This document shows, one piece after another, positions 27,218 to 41,215 of a stretch of 64,000 nucleotides of DNA. The stretch's first letter is position 1. Each line of letters opens with the position of its first letter. Source of the stretch: Octopus vulgaris (taxonomy: Eukaryota). Made by a program: the position numbers and the translations under genes. The stretch lies in contig OX597815.1 in the NCBI GenBank assembly GCA_951406725.2, positions 170,376,001 to 170,440,000 of the forward strand. The letters are read 5' to 3'. A model generated the notes under the pieces. The model ran no database searches. It saw nothing but the letters and a program-made list of their open reading frames with translations, and was not told where the DNA came from.

Positions 27218-27644
27218 TGTATGTATGTATGTATGTATGTATGTATGTATGTATGTATGTATGTATAGTTCAAATGTACAAGAAGCAACAAACAAGTTTT
27301 AATAGTTTGATGTTCAAGAGAAATGGAAAAAGTCTTTCAAGCTTCGAGCCTACGTTCTTCGACAAAAAAGGAATGGGGAAAGAAATCGAAGTGAGGGGGA
27401 AAAAAAAACGTGTCTGGATTAATGGTTTCGCATGTTGAATTGATTGGAAGGAAGTTGCAGAATAGAAGGAAGACAACAGTAACATGGTTAAAGTGTGTGC
27501 GTTAGTGCATGTATGTATGTGAGGATAATGTATACTAGTTGTATGGGTGAGCGTGTTTGTATGTATGCATGGGCTAGCAAAAAGGCATGTGAGCATGTGT
27601 CCATGTACTTATCGGGACTTTCGTGTTTACGTGTGTGACAAATA

Positions 27645-27658
27645 TACATTCATACATA

Positions 27659-27692
<34 letters not shown>

Positions 27693-27756
27693 CGTATACA
27701 TATAAATACATACATGTACATACATACATATACATACATATACATATATATATATG

Positions 27757-27793
<37 letters not shown>

Positions 27794-27800
27794 GTAAATG

Positions 27801-27833
<33 letters not shown>

Positions 27834-27875
27834 TATATAATACATATATATATAATACATATATATAATATACAC

Positions 27876-27910
<35 letters not shown>

Positions 27911-28029
27911 CATATATATAATACATTTATATATATATATATATATAATACATAAATATAATACATATATATAATACATAAATATAATACATATATATAA
28001 TACATAAATATAATACATATATATAATAC

Positions 28030-28068
<39 letters not shown>

Positions 28069-28069
28069 C

Positions 28070-28140
<71 letters not shown>
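27645..28140. repeat. Compound (TACA)n/(TA)n/(TATAATACATA)n microsatellite
   Basis: Directly visible. Confidence 0.95.
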
Positions 28141-28142
<2 letters not shown>

Positions 28143-28293
28143 AACCAAACATGAAAACACGAAGAGAAAACACAACAACGCGAGGACGTGGGACAAGTAT
28201 AGTATTATTGGACGCTCAGGAAAGAAGGAGGGTTTAACGTTTCGAGCGGTGCTCTTCGTCAGAAACATAGGAAAAGCGAAGATCCAAAGAAGG
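28140..28293 (-). mobile_element. PLE-type terminal repeat with minimal hammerhead (28232-28266); homologues at 53380-53555 (+) and 57545-57740 (-)
   Basis: Minus GTTT-CTGACGA-A-GAGC-ACC-GCTC-GAAAC-GTTA-AAC. Three near-identical copies in the window, all next to (TA)n. Confidence 0.8.
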
Positions 28294-28734
28294 ATGTGTG
28301 TGTATGTGTGTGTGAAATTTTAAATTTTAAATTAAATTTTTACATATATATTTTTACTTTTATGTCTATATATTATCTTCTATTTCTCTATGGCATATCT
28401 TACCTATATATATATTATTTTACATTTTATGTTTTTATGTATATCCTTGTGTGTGTGTGTGTGTGTGGGCGCGCGCGCACGGACCATGTGTGTGTGTGAG
28501 TGAGGTCAGACTAATGCTGCTACCAAAATGACAGTAAATGGTACAACCTGCGGATGTTTCTGCTGCCTTGTAGTATGAAAGGCTATGGCAGAAAACCTAA
28601 ACAGATAATCTGGAGAGGGTGCCCCTAAAACTGTTGCTGGGGAGGAATGATCCAAACTATCTTCCGGCAGCCCCTCAACTTTGGTGGTTCGAAATGTATT
28701 AACCTTGTCTCTCCTTTGGACTAAATCAGTGAAG

Positions 28735-29546
28735 TCGACAGTCAAGATGAGAAAGGGTCAATTTTTATCTCAAGCCATAAAAGACAAGAGGAAAGACCGC
28801 GCTACAAAGCTTTTGAACAAACTTATGCATTCCCACCAACCGAAAATTTTCTGCCAGGATCAGATGGTGAACATACAGAACAACCGTTGGCTTGCCGTGT
28901 TCCTAAAACATGTAACGAGAGGGATAAAAATCAAACATCCTGTCAATATTATGGTGTTCGGAGTGATCACTAGAGATGTCGACGTTATGCTTCCATTCAT
29001 CTTCCCACACGGCCTCAGACTCAACACAAAGGGCTGCATCAAATGTCTGGAGGAGGTAGTGCTGTCCTGAGTCAAAAGGGTAGCTGCTGAAAAACCGTAT
29101 GTCTGGCAACAAGTTTCTACACCATGCTAGGTAAACAGAGAACACAGTCATGGCTCTCAGACTATTTCTGTGACCACATCACCCCTGACATCTGACCACC
29201 TAACTCCTCAGATTGTAACCCTCTTGATTATTAAGTGAGGGGCGCAGTTGAGTGAGTGACCAACAAAACTTCTAGTAACAAGAAAGATGAACTGAATACA
29301 AGGGTTATGTCAGTATTTACCATCTTAAACAACGGGACCGTCCAGAGATTTGTAGGAGATTCCGAAGTCATCTGGAGACCGTTGTTGAAGCCAATGGCGA
29401 TTATATTTAATAGATTTACTCTTTAGTATTTCAAGATATTTTCATGTAATTTTAGTAAGTATATCTTTTAAAATTAGATGTCAGTGTTATTTTTATTTTT
29501 GCTTAATTTAGACGTAATTTTTGCGTAGTTTATTCACCACACCCTA
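28735..29546 (+). mobile_element. Decayed Tc1/mariner-superfamily transposon, maT (DD37D)-like, with right TIR
   Basis: KIFCQDQMVNIQNNRWLA...KHPVNIMVFGVITRDVDVMLPFIFPHGLRLNT...PYVWQQVSTPC...PPNSSDCNPLDY (WPPxSPDxNPLDY motif). Ends with ttattcaccacacccta|TA. Confidence 0.88.
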
Positions 29547-29719
29547 TATATATATATGTAGATTAATCAGCCGAAATTGCGAAGATGATCCGGTTCTTGA
29601 CTGAAGATTGAAGGCTTCGAATGTCCTGTCCGTGTTTTTTGTATCGTCTTCTAAATGTTTTACGTTCTTGTCCCAGTTTGTATTTTTTTACATTTACATA
29701 TATATATATATATATATTC

Positions 29720-29980
29720 TTAATCCCTTCACTTGTTTCAGTCGTCAGACTGCGGCCGTGCTGGAGCAACGTCTTAAAGGGTTTTAGTCGAAGAAATCGA
29801 GCCCAGGGCTAATTTTTTTCAGCCTAGTACTTATTCTATTAGTTCATTTGCCGACCCGCTAGGTTACGGGGACATAAACACACCAACACCGGTTATCAAG
29901 CGGTGATGGGGCGACAAACACAGACACATAGAGACACACACGTACATTTATACACACAAACACACATACATACGACGGGC
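29720..29980 (-). mobile_element. Family-B SINE, 3' half
   Basis: acttgtttcagtcgtcagactgcggccgtgctggagc ... cctagtacttattcta ... catacgacgggc. Confidence 0.85.
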
Positions 29981-30830
29981 ATAAACCCACACACATATAT
30001 ACATAATCACACACACATACACACACAAACGCGCCCCCCCACGCATATATATATATGAGAAAATTACAATGATTATGGAAATAGGTACACCTGCAAATTC
30101 TCATTTCTATAGTCAATTATACACCATATTTCGCTTAAATTTGTGCGATCTCCTTATTGTTTGTAACAGTCTGACAGATACAGGCAATAAAATATTTACA
30201 ATCCAGGGAAGCGAACCCAGGATTTACCCATCGGATGGATTGAAGGGGTGTTTCTCATCTTAAGTAATCCTAGGTACTCCTTATAAATCGATGCGGTTAG
30301 CCAGAACACTGATTATAACCAGGTGTTCATACGTCTGGATGCTTAATACCAAGATATTCATTACACATACACACACACACACGTAAATTATATGTATGTA
30401 TGCATGTATATATATATACATGTATTTATATATGCATATATACAAAACTGTATGTATATAAATGTATATATGTACACAGACACACAAACACAGACACACA
30501 AATACACATACATAAACACACACACATTCTTTATTCATTTTACATGTTTCAGCCCTAAGGCTTATATATATATATATATATACATATACACATACGGCAT
30601 TTGAGGGCAGGGTGTGTCACAAAGAAAACTGAATGAGCGAGGAATGATCTTATGAATTATATTTATTAATGAAAAAAAATGTCTGAACTGGACAAGTTCT
30701 TGTACACCAGATGTTGAAGTCTCTGTGACATGTGCAGTAAGTGACGACAGCAGAGTTTAAATAACACGATTAGTTATCTTGCAATTCTGTGATCAAATTT
30801 TATATTGGAACTTCACATTTTCCGACTTAC

Positions 30831-30866
30831 AGTATCTGTTCGAATGACGACCCACACAATTCTTGC
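30831..30866 (-). other. Candidate 36-nt exon
   Basis: Minus strand tttactttcgacag|gcaagaattgtgtgggtcgtcattcgaacagatact|gtaagt. Confidence 0.35.
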
Positions 30867-31429
30867 CTGTCGAAAGTAAACTCGGTTTAAAAGCACTTGA
30901 CGAATCAAAAATAATAGCATTAAACCGTTTAGTAGCTTTGTTCTTAGGGATATATATTACGCATAAGAATACGAGACGAAGTACATGTAGTATTTATCTT
31001 TTAATGATGTAATGCTTAGCAAAATATTTTTTCTGCACCATGTGTATATGATTACACTGACAGAAATATAAGCGTTCTCTGTTGAAAAACATGAAATAGC
31101 CATTAAGTTCTTCCTTAACACGAATGCTGGCTATGCTTCCAAACTATCATAGCGTGACAATTAATATCAATCAAATTCAGTTGGTAGTCAATAATTTCCT
31201 GAAGTGTTCAGGAAGAAGAAAAGTAAAACAGAGAGAGAGAGGGGGGTGAGAGTGGGAAAGAGAGAAACATAGAGAAATATGAGGAAGAGAGGGAGAAGAA
31301 GAGAGACAGAAGGGAGAAGAGAGTGGGGAAGAGAGAATGAGAGGTATTACCGTTCTATAAAGCATAGCTTGATAGCGAAATTAAATGAAAAATAGACGAT
31401 ATGAATGCTAGGGAGGATTGTCCGGATGC

Positions 31430-31833
<404 letters not shown>

Positions 31834-32407
31834 ATACCCATGTATTGAATGATAATTGAATAATATTAATGCAGCAACACCAAATCAGGCGCATTGCTAC
31901 CAAATCAACGCGTTGAAATTCCCATTAAAAGGAGCTAAATATACAAATACGTATCAGCGCAAAGTGTTCCAACAGAGGTGTAAATGTAACATACCTATTT
32001 ATCATACATATACATATGTTAGATAACATTCCGCTATGTTATATACATAGGTGTTAGATAATATTTCACTATGTTATCATATGCGAACTGTATTTTTTTT
32101 CTAATTAGTATTAATTTTCCATCTAGAAGATACTGAAAGAAACAATATTTCTGGTCAACTATGGTATAATCTACAACTTCTTTGGCAAAATTCATACCTA
32201 TTAGCTATTGTGTAGTACGTGAAAGTTATTATCGAGCAAGAATAAATCTTATATTAATGTATTGCGTAAAATTTCTCCAGTGCATAAGTTATTGTTATAA
32301 GTACATACATGATTACATAAATGGAAATGGATTACACATACATACACACATACATAAATAGATATCTACATGGTCACGTAGATACATAACCTAAACACTC
32401 GTATACA

Positions 32408-32450
<43 letters not shown>

Positions 32451-32465
32451 CTTGTTGCTTATATA

Positions 32466-32525
<60 letters not shown>

Positions 32526-32532
32526 TATATAT

Positions 32533-32888
32533 ACTCTTTTTACTCTTTTTACTTGTTTTAGTCATTTGACTGCGGCCATGCTGGAGCACCGCCTTTAGTC
32601 GAGCAACTCGACCCCGGGACTTATTCTTTGTAAGCCCAGTACTTATTCTATCGGTCTCTTTTGCCGAACCGCTAGGTGACGGGGACGTAAACACACCAGC
32701 ATCAGTTGTCAAGCAATGCTAGGGGAACAAACACAGACACACAAACATATACACACACACTTATATATATATATATACATATATACGACAGGCTTCTTTC
32801 AGTTTCCGTCTACCAAATCCACTCACAAGGCATTGGTCGGCCCGGGGCTATAGCAGAAGACACTTGCCCAAGATGCCACGCAGTGGGG
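32533..32888 (-). mobile_element. Family-B SINE, 5'-truncated
   Basis: High similarity to 22565-23008; stops at gccacgcagtggg. Confidence 0.92.
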
Positions 32889-32890
32889 TG

Positions 32891-32923
<33 letters not shown>

Positions 32924-33699
32924 TCACTCACACATACATACACAATGAGTTCATTCGTTCATTTCTTCCTTAATCCATTCATGCAAACATACATACATGA
33001 CTCGAATGCACACGTACATACACACACGCGCGCACACACACACACACGTACACACACACACACACACACACACACCACACATAAACGCAAGAATGCACTG
33101 ATATATGAATAGATGTATGCAAATGCTCTAATATATACATATATGTTTGTATATATATATATATATATACAAACATATTTATATGTATGCATATAATCAC
33201 AAGCAAAAACACACACACACACACACACACTCACGCACGCACGCACATACACAACGCACACACACACACGCACATACACACACACACACACGCACGCACA
33301 CACAGTGCAATACTCATATGTGTGTGCGTTGTGTCTCTATGTTTTCCTGTGTGCGCGCGTGTCACTACACCTAAGTGAACGTAAATTTCATTTACAATCT
33401 TCCATACATCGTATTCTGCTGCTTTGTCGGTCATGGGAAGTAATCGATAGTGAAACGTGTATGTTATTTCCCTTCTCTTATATCTTTACAAGCCGTATAT
33501 ATATTTTTTCATTCCCTTCATTTAACACGTGCAATATTCTTCGTCTATACTCCAGTTTGATACATTTGGCTATATATGGCTCCATTCCTTTTTATTTTCT
33601 TCCGCTGACATGGAAGGGTATTAAAGGGAATATATACCTATCACGAAGCATTTTTTTATCCCTCATCTTTGTTGCAGTTTACTGTATATATTTATATAT

Positions 33700-34528
33700 A
33701 TTTCTTTATTGCCCACAAGGGGCTAAACATAGAGGGAACAAACAAGGACAGACAAAGGGATTAAGTCGATTACATCGATCCCAGTGCGTAACTGGTACTT
33801 TATTTATCGACCACGAAAGGATGAAAGGCAAAGTCAACCTCGGCAGAATTTGAACTCAGAACGTAACAACAGACGAAATACCTATTTCTTTACTACCCAC
33901 AAGGGGCTAAACACAGAGAGGACAAACAAGGACAGACAAACGGATTAAGTCGATTATATCGACCCCAGTTCGTAACTGGTAATTATTTAATCGACCCCGA
34001 AAGGATGAAAGGCAAAGTCGACCTCGGCGGAATTTGAACTCAGAACCTATTTCTTTATTAACCACAAGGGGTTAAACATAGAAGGGACAAAGAAAGACAG
34101 ACATAGATATTAAGTCGATTATATCGACCCCAGTGCGGAACTGGTACTTAATTTATCGACCCCGATAAGATGAAAGGCAAAGTCGACCTCGGCGGAATTT
34201 GAACCCAGAACGTAACGACAAACGAAATACCGCTAAGCATTTCGCCCGACTCGCTAACGTTTCTGCCAGCTCGACGCCTTACTGTATATAATTATACTTA
34301 TTTCTTTACTACCCACAAGGGGCTAAACACAGAGGGGACAAACAAGAACAGACAAACGGATTAAGTCGATTCCATCGACCCCAGTGCGTAACTGGTGCTT
34401 AATTTATCGACCCCGAAGGATGAAAGGCAAAGTCGACCTCGGCGGAATTTGAACCCAGAACGTAACTACAAACGAAATACCGCTCAGCATTTCGCCCGAC
34501 ACGCTAACGTGTCCTCCAGCTCGCTGCC
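33700..34528 (-). mobile_element. Family-A SINE trimer (33700-34278) plus monomer (34300-34528), separated and flanked by the same target sequence
   Basis: Four units of tttctttat...ccacaagggg...aaaggatgaaaggcaaagtcgacctcggcggaatttgaac. TTACTGTATATA occurs at 33679, 34279 and 34529. Confidence 0.93.
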
Positions 34529-35031
34529 TTACTGTATATAATTATATAGTCGGGTATTGTCCGCGATCAAATAACGAAAGAAACGCAACTGATTCAATTT
34601 CTAGTCGTCGTTATCTTATTTGTAGCACTTTCTGGTCATACTGAGCACTTGGGTATTGCAATATACTTTCGCTGCCCAATGTTCTGAGTTCAAAATCTGC
34701 CGAGCTGGATTTTTGCCTTTCAAAATTTTGGAATCGATAAAATAAGTACCAGTTGAACACTGGCGTTGATGGACCCGACTTACCTCCGCCCCGATGTTGG
34801 TGGCCTTGTGCCATAATTTAGTAGAATTTTATTAACATACTAATTCTGACACACACACATACATATACATCTGTTTCTTAAATGTTGGTAAAAATGAATA
34901 CTGAATACCATAATAGAAATTAGTAATATTTAACTTGCATGAGGATCGTGTGAACCTGCATGTAAAACTCAGAGTAGCTGACATTACCAAACTAAAATGT
35001 ATGTGCCTCTATAGTATAATATAATATAATA

Positions 35032-35062
<31 letters not shown>

Positions 35063-35200
35063 ATCATCATGTGTGCATGTATATTATACACACACACACA
35101 CTCACACACATATATATATGTATATATATATGCACACACACACACATATATATATGTATGTATGTATTATGTATATATATATATATAAACATATATATAT

Positions 35201-35242
<42 letters not shown>

Positions 35243-35280
35243 ATATATACATGCACACACATATATATATGTATGTATAT

Positions 35281-35510
35281 ATTTCTTTATTGCCCGCAGG
35301 GGGCTACACATAGAAGGGACAAACAAGGAGACACAAAGGGATTAAGTGGATTATATCGACCTCAGTGTGTAACTGGTACTTATTTAATCGACCCCGAAAG
35401 GATGAAAGGCAAAGTCGACCTCGGCGGAATTTGAACTCAGAACGAAACGGCAGACGAAATACTGCTACACATTTCGCCCGGCCTGCTAACGTTTCTGCCA
35501 GATCGCCGCT
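35281..35510 (-). mobile_element. Family-A SINE, full length
   Basis: Near-identical to the units at 33700-34528. Confidence 0.92.
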
Positions 35511-35517
35511 CTATATA

Positions 35518-36049
35518 TCTATATATATAAAACTGTAGTTGTGTAAGTGTCTGTCCCCTTCGATTTAGATTCCTAACTACTCCCACATTTTGCGGTGCAG
35601 TTTAACCAAATTCGGGTATCTTATAGTCGTAATTCATATCGAGCCCGTCTGGCTATTAGCGCGCGTCTACGATGAGTCTACGATTTAAAAAATAATTTAA
35701 CACCATTTTTTATGCCATTTTAATGCATAATTTTTCGTGTGTCGATGCCGGCGGAGTTGGCGTCCATGGTCACACCTGCACCAGTTTGCTTCTCCCCCTT
35801 CTTCCCTCCTTCATGATGCTGTGGGGAAGGGAGTGTATGGAAATCAACGTCGTAAAGCGTTGTCAAGGAGACCAGCGTTCTTTTAGAACAACGACTTCAT
35901 GGCTTGAAGACACTGAGTCAACGATTTAAAAAAAAAATTATCATCATTTTTTATTCCATTTTTAATGCATTTTTTTGCTATAACTCTCTAAAAATGCTTA
36001 TATAGTTATTTCCCTTACAAACCCGAGCAACGCCGGGCGATACTGCTAG
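35518..36049 (+). mobile_element. Non-autonomous Helitron
   Basis: A|TCTATATATATAAAACTG 5' end; 3' hairpin cccgagcaacgccggg (36022-36037) then CTAG|T. Homologous to 51543-51941. Confidence 0.9.
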
Positions 36050-36229
36050 TATGTATATATATAGATACATGCATGCACGCATGGATATGACAGAGATATT
36101 TCGCATAGATAACACACCTCCTACAGCAGTGTATTCGATGAGTATGGCATTTTGTGAAATTCACTTTGCTTTTTATGTGTCAAAGCTCAAGGAATTTTAT
36201 TTATTTATTTGTTATTTATAATGCATTGG

Positions 36230-36850
36230 CAGCATTGTTGGCACGTGAGAAAAAGTACCGTGTGGTACTTGTTCTGATTCTATGATTTTTTTTTTGTCTT
36301 TGCCCAAATTACACCGAAATTGTCTTTGCATGTTAACTTTCCAAGGTCGATGACGTACGGGTGAAGATAATCTAACCTCTCTACCCTAAAATTGTTTTCC
36401 CTATAAAAAATGTTATAGTGCTCGATTGTTAGCAGTGTTATATCATAGTACAAAATACCTTCTGATATTTCCTCCGGGTCCTTACATTCTTAGTTCAGTT
36501 CTCCACGAGATCAAATTTACCTTTTCAACTTTCCGACCTCGATATCTAAAAACATCAGTCAAGTGTTGTGGCTGATAATATAGAGTAACACTCACCCTTC
36601 GAAATTTCTCGTATTGTGCCTGAATAAGAAAACATTGTTAAAAGTGGCGAGCTGGCAGAATCGTTAGCACCGCAGAGAAAATGCTTAGCGGCGCTTCATC
36701 TGTGTTTACTTTCAAATTCTGTCGAAGTCAACTTTGCCTTTCATCCATTCCAGGTTGACAAAAATAAGTATCAGTTGAGCTCTGAGGTCGATGTAATCGA
36801 CTTACCCTCTCCCTCCGAATTGCTGGTCCTATGTTAAAATTCTCAGAAAT
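36230..36850 (+). mobile_element. Three tandem degenerate family-A SINEs
   Basis: Best copy 36645-36850 (ggcgagctggcagaatcgttagcacc...gtcaactttgcctttcatcc); older remnants lie upstream. Confidence 0.7.
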
Positions 36851-37017
36851 CCCTAGCCTTTCTCTTTATTATAGGCACAAGGCCTGAATACAGAGGGGAC
36901 ATACAAATGACATGCGGGGACATAAAGACGAATGAAAAATAATAAATGAAATGAACGTAATTATGACGCAAATGAGACGGCCATCTCGCCGCCGCTGCGA
37001 GACGAACCATGAATGCC

Positions 37018-37108
37018 TTTACAATTAAACTTTACAATTAACTTTACGATTAAACTTTACAATTATCTTTACAATTAACTTTACAAATACACTGTACAAT
37101 TAAACTTA
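37018..37108. repeat. Minisatellite, about 7 x TTTACAATTA(A)C
   Basis: tttacaattaaac tttacaattaac tttacgattaaac tttacaattatc tttacaattaac tttacaaatacac tgtacaattaaac. Confidence 0.9.
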
Positions 37109-37344
37109 AAACCACCTCTAGTTTCGCTAGAATGCGAAACCGTGACCTTTCATTTCGTTTCCTGCCTTTAAAATGAACGTTCATATGTGTCCTTTTTTCA
37201 ACAAAAAAGTAACTTTAAAAAAAAAATATTTTAAATACTTGTTTGTTCATCAATTCATTTTACAATAATTTGTTTTTACGATAATTTACAATGTTCATGT
37301 GCTTTCTTTCAGTTATAGTTTTTTTCCACAATTTTTTATACTTA

Positions 37345-37740
37345 CAGAAATCCCTGGCCTGGCAGTGCTAGCGAAGAGCAATGCCAGTTCGAAACACACA
37401 CTACAAGCACAGAAGCGCTGTCAGGTAGGACTGTCTGAGATGTGCACAGAGCGATGAAACCTCTATGCACGCACTTGTGCCATGTCCGTGTATTGCTGGC
37501 TTGTCGAATAGCGGTTATGGCTTGTGACATGAATTCGTTATCGGCCGAATCCATCCTGGCAGTCTTCCTAAAAGCATTAAGGAAAGACACCTTCCTTTTC
37601 GGCCAAGCTCTCATAGACTTTTAAAGGAAAGTGAAGATGGAAAGGTAAGCGTTACCTGCCAGCGAATTTGTGAAAGGATGGGTGACTATGGCAAAAATGG
37701 TTAGAGTAGATGACTCTACTCTAAATATGTTCCTGTAGAT
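37345..37740 (+). mobile_element. L1/Tx1-type LINE ORF2 3' end (CCHC zinc-knuckle region)
   Basis: KSLAWQC*RRAMPVRNTHYKHRSAVR*DCLRCAQSDETSMHALVPCP fits the C-x2-C...ET..H...C pattern of L1/Tx1 C-termini. Confidence 0.75.
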
Positions 37741-37879
37741 TGGAGTGCATGAGAGAGGATACGCTTGGTTGGTAATCAGGATGATTTGGGATCGGTGAAG
37801 ATCCTTGATTGGTCCTAGATAGAGTTACATCTTTATCAGAAGGACTGTACCATTCATGTTATCACATACTTTGTATACT

Positions 37880-38112
37880 ATTCTTTTATTATTTACTTTT
37901 ATTTGTTTCAGTTGTTTGACTGCGGCTATGCTGGAGCACTGCCTTAAGTCGAAAAATCGATCCCAGGACTTATTCTTTATAAGCCTGGTACTTATTCTAT
38001 CAGTTTCTTCTGTCAAACTGCTAAGTTATGGGACGCAAACACACCAACATCGGTTGTCAATCGATGGTGGTGGTAGGAAAAACACGGGCAGAAAGACAAA
38101 CATATATATATA

Positions 38113-38154
<42 letters not shown>

Positions 38155-38160
38155 CACATG

Positions 38161-38194
<34 letters not shown>

Positions 38195-39122
38195 TATATA
38201 TTTATATATATAACTTAAAGGAATTCCAAATTCCAGCTGTTTTTCAAGTTTTATTTATAATCTTACAATATATGATATAAAATAATATGGTAAAAAGAAA
38301 TGAAGTATTAATTGTCTATTCACAATCATACCCACACACACAAACACACACACATATATATATAGGATGGGCTTCTTTCAATTTCTATCTACCAAATTCA
38401 CTCTCAAGGCTTTGTTTGGCCCGAGGTTATAGTAGAGGACACTTACCGAAGGTGCCACGCAGTGGGACTGAACCCGGAACCATGTGATTGGAAAGCAATC
38501 TTCTTATTTCTTTATTGCCAACAAGGGGCTAATTATAGAGGGGACAAGCAAGGACAGGTAAAGGGATTAAGTCGATTACATAGACCCCAGCACGTAACTG
38601 GTACTTATTTAATCGAACCTCAAAGTATGAATGGTTAAGTCGACCTCGGCGGAATTTGAACACAGAACGTAGATGCAGACGAAATATCTATTTCTTTACT
38701 ACCCACAAGGGACAATGAAGGACAGATAAACGGATTAAGTCGATTATATCGACCCCAGTGCTAACTGGTACTTAATTTATCGACCCCGAAAGGATGAAAA
38801 GCAAAGTCGACTTCGGCGGAATTTGAACTCAGAACGTAACAGCAGACGAAATACCTATTTCTTTATTACCCACAAGGGGCTAAACACAGAGGGGACAAAC
38901 AAGGACAGACATAGGTATTAAGTCGATTACATCGACCCCAGTGCGTAACTGGTACTTAATTTATCGACCCCGAAAGGATGAAAGGCAAAGTCAACTTCGG
39001 CGGAATTTGAACTCAGAATGTAATGGCAGACGAAATACCGCTAAGCATTTCGCCCGGCGTGCTAACGTTTCTGACAGCTCGCCGCCTTAAAAGAGCTTCT
39101 TAACACACAACCACTCCTACTC
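37880..39122 (-). mobile_element. Family-B SINE interrupted by microsatellite and by a nested family-A SINE trimer (38505-39088)
   Basis: The B head is split: ...aaccatgtgattggaaagcaatcttctta | A trimer | gagcttcttaacacacaaccactcctac. CTTCTTA is repeated at both junctions. Confidence 0.88.
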
Positions 39123-39249
39123 CTGTATATACTTTTATCGCATTTCACTGTCATTTCTATTTCTTTCTCCCCATTTCGAACACAAATTGTTGTCTCTACT
39201 TGTGGTGTCCCACTCATCTATGTCCCTGTGGCTAACAAAAGAAATTATT

Positions 39250-39704
39250 ATTATTTTCATAACACGCTGGACCACATGCTTAGCGACATTTATCCCTTCG
39301 CTACGTTTTGAGTTCAAATTCCGCCGATGTCGAGTTTGCCTTTGATAAATTAAGGACAAGTTGAACGCTGTAGTCCATGTAATCGACTATTCCCCTCGCC
39401 CAAAATTTCAGGCCTTGTGCCTTTAGTAGAAAGGATTAATGTTATTATATTTGTTGTTGCTCTTATACAGGTGGAGAGTTGGTAGAATCGTTAGCAATCG
39501 TTTAGTCATATTTCCTCCGTCGCTATCTTGAGTTCAAATTCCGCCGAAGTCAACTTTGCCCTTCATCCTTTTAAAGTCGATGAAAAAGAAAGTACCAGTT
39601 ACGTACTGTGGTCGAAGTGATCGACTAATCCCATCCCTAAAACTTTCAGGCATTGTGCTTATAGCTGGATTCTTCTTCTTCTTCTTCTTCTTCTTCTTCT
39701 TCTT

Positions 39705-39778
<74 letters not shown>

Positions 39779-39785
39779 TACTACT
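39250..39785 (+). mobile_element. Two degenerate family-A SINEs followed by (CTT)n(ATT)n
   Basis: gagttcaaattccgccga cores at ~39310 and ~39530. Confidence 0.85.
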
Positions 39786-40800
39786 ATGTTGCTCAGTCAT
39801 ATTTTTGGAGTCAATAAAAATGGCAACACTACCAAACTATTGAAGTGGATTTACCTGTCTCTATTCTTTTAAATTTGTGATCTTCATTATATGTAGGAAA
39901 TCAATATCGAAACTTCGATATATTCATGTCACCGAAATCTTAACATTTGATTGTAACATTATTTCTGTCATTTCATGGCAACGATATATACTGATCTTTT
40001 TTATTTCTTCCGTTATTGGACTAATTTTTCCCCTTCCTCTTTCTTCAGCTGTTCCAGCATTTTCATCAATATCGGATTTAGACAACAAAATAAAAAAAAA
40101 GAAAGTAATTATTCAAATGTTATCACCAAATCACTATTCATAGATCGGCAGAATAAATATATTTTTGTTTACTTCTATTGGACTCAATCAATCGACATGG
40201 AAATATGACGTCTCAGTTGTAAATATTACAATAGTGGAATGATTTTGTAAAAAACAAAATCATGAAATGTTTAAAGTGTAACTAATGACAATGTAATTAA
40301 AATAGAAAATCGTAACAAATTGTATAAATAAATTACAAATGGAAAGATAATCTTATTAACATATAAACGGACTAAGTGATTAATTCTATTATCACTTATG
40401 GTAATACATGTGAGGCTGGCCAGGATGAGTTACTGCCCTTGAGACCTTGTCAAACACACGAATGTCGATGTTGTTTGCTTTTACATTTTTTACAAAAACA
40501 AGATCTATTTCCGTGAGATGTAAATAATCCAGTAATTATTTCATGTACTATAGTATATTTCTTATCTGGCTTCCAGAAATTCGAAGTATCCAGAGATTCG
40601 GAAATACTGTGAAAACCGAGCAATATATCGTATGCTGCATTGAGTAAACCGAGCCTGTTGCTGATGTTGGTTCTTTTGCAAACTGTGCGTTAAAAATACA
40701 CCTGTCTTTTACTCTTCGTAGTGGATTGACAGAGGTTAAACATGCTCTGCTTTAGAGGAGTATTCATTTGTGATTGTACATGTTAAAGAAAGGATGTGCC

Positions 40801-41215
40801 TCTTTTACTCTTTTACTTGTTTCGGTCATTTGACTGTGGCCATGCTGGAGCACCGCCTTTAGTCGAGCAAATCGACCCCAGGACTTATTTTTTGTAAGCC
40901 TAGTACTTATTCTATCGGTCTCTTTGCCGAACCGCTAAGTTACGGGAACGTAAACACACCAGCATCGGTTGTCAAGTGATGTTGGGGGGACAAACACAGA
41001 CACACAAACATATACACACATACATACATACATATATATATACATATATACGACGGGCTTCTTTCAGTTTCCATCTACCAAATCCACTCACAAGGCTTTG
41101 GTCGGGCCGAGGCTATTGTAGAAGACACTTGCCAAAGGTGCCACGCAGTGGGACTGAACCCCGGAACCATATGGTTGGTAAGCAAGCTACTCACCGCACA
41201 GCGACACTTACGCCT
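40801..41215 (-). mobile_element. Family-B SINE, full length
   Basis: Complete head-to-tail match to 22565-23008 and 55985-56446. Confidence 0.94.

Noticed and set aside
33700-34530. Regularly spaced repeats superficially like a CRISPR or tRNA array
   Set aside because: Units are 150-230 bp SINE copies without unique spacers, and the heads are tRNA-derived but do not form full cloverleafs. The context is eukaryotic with no cas genes.
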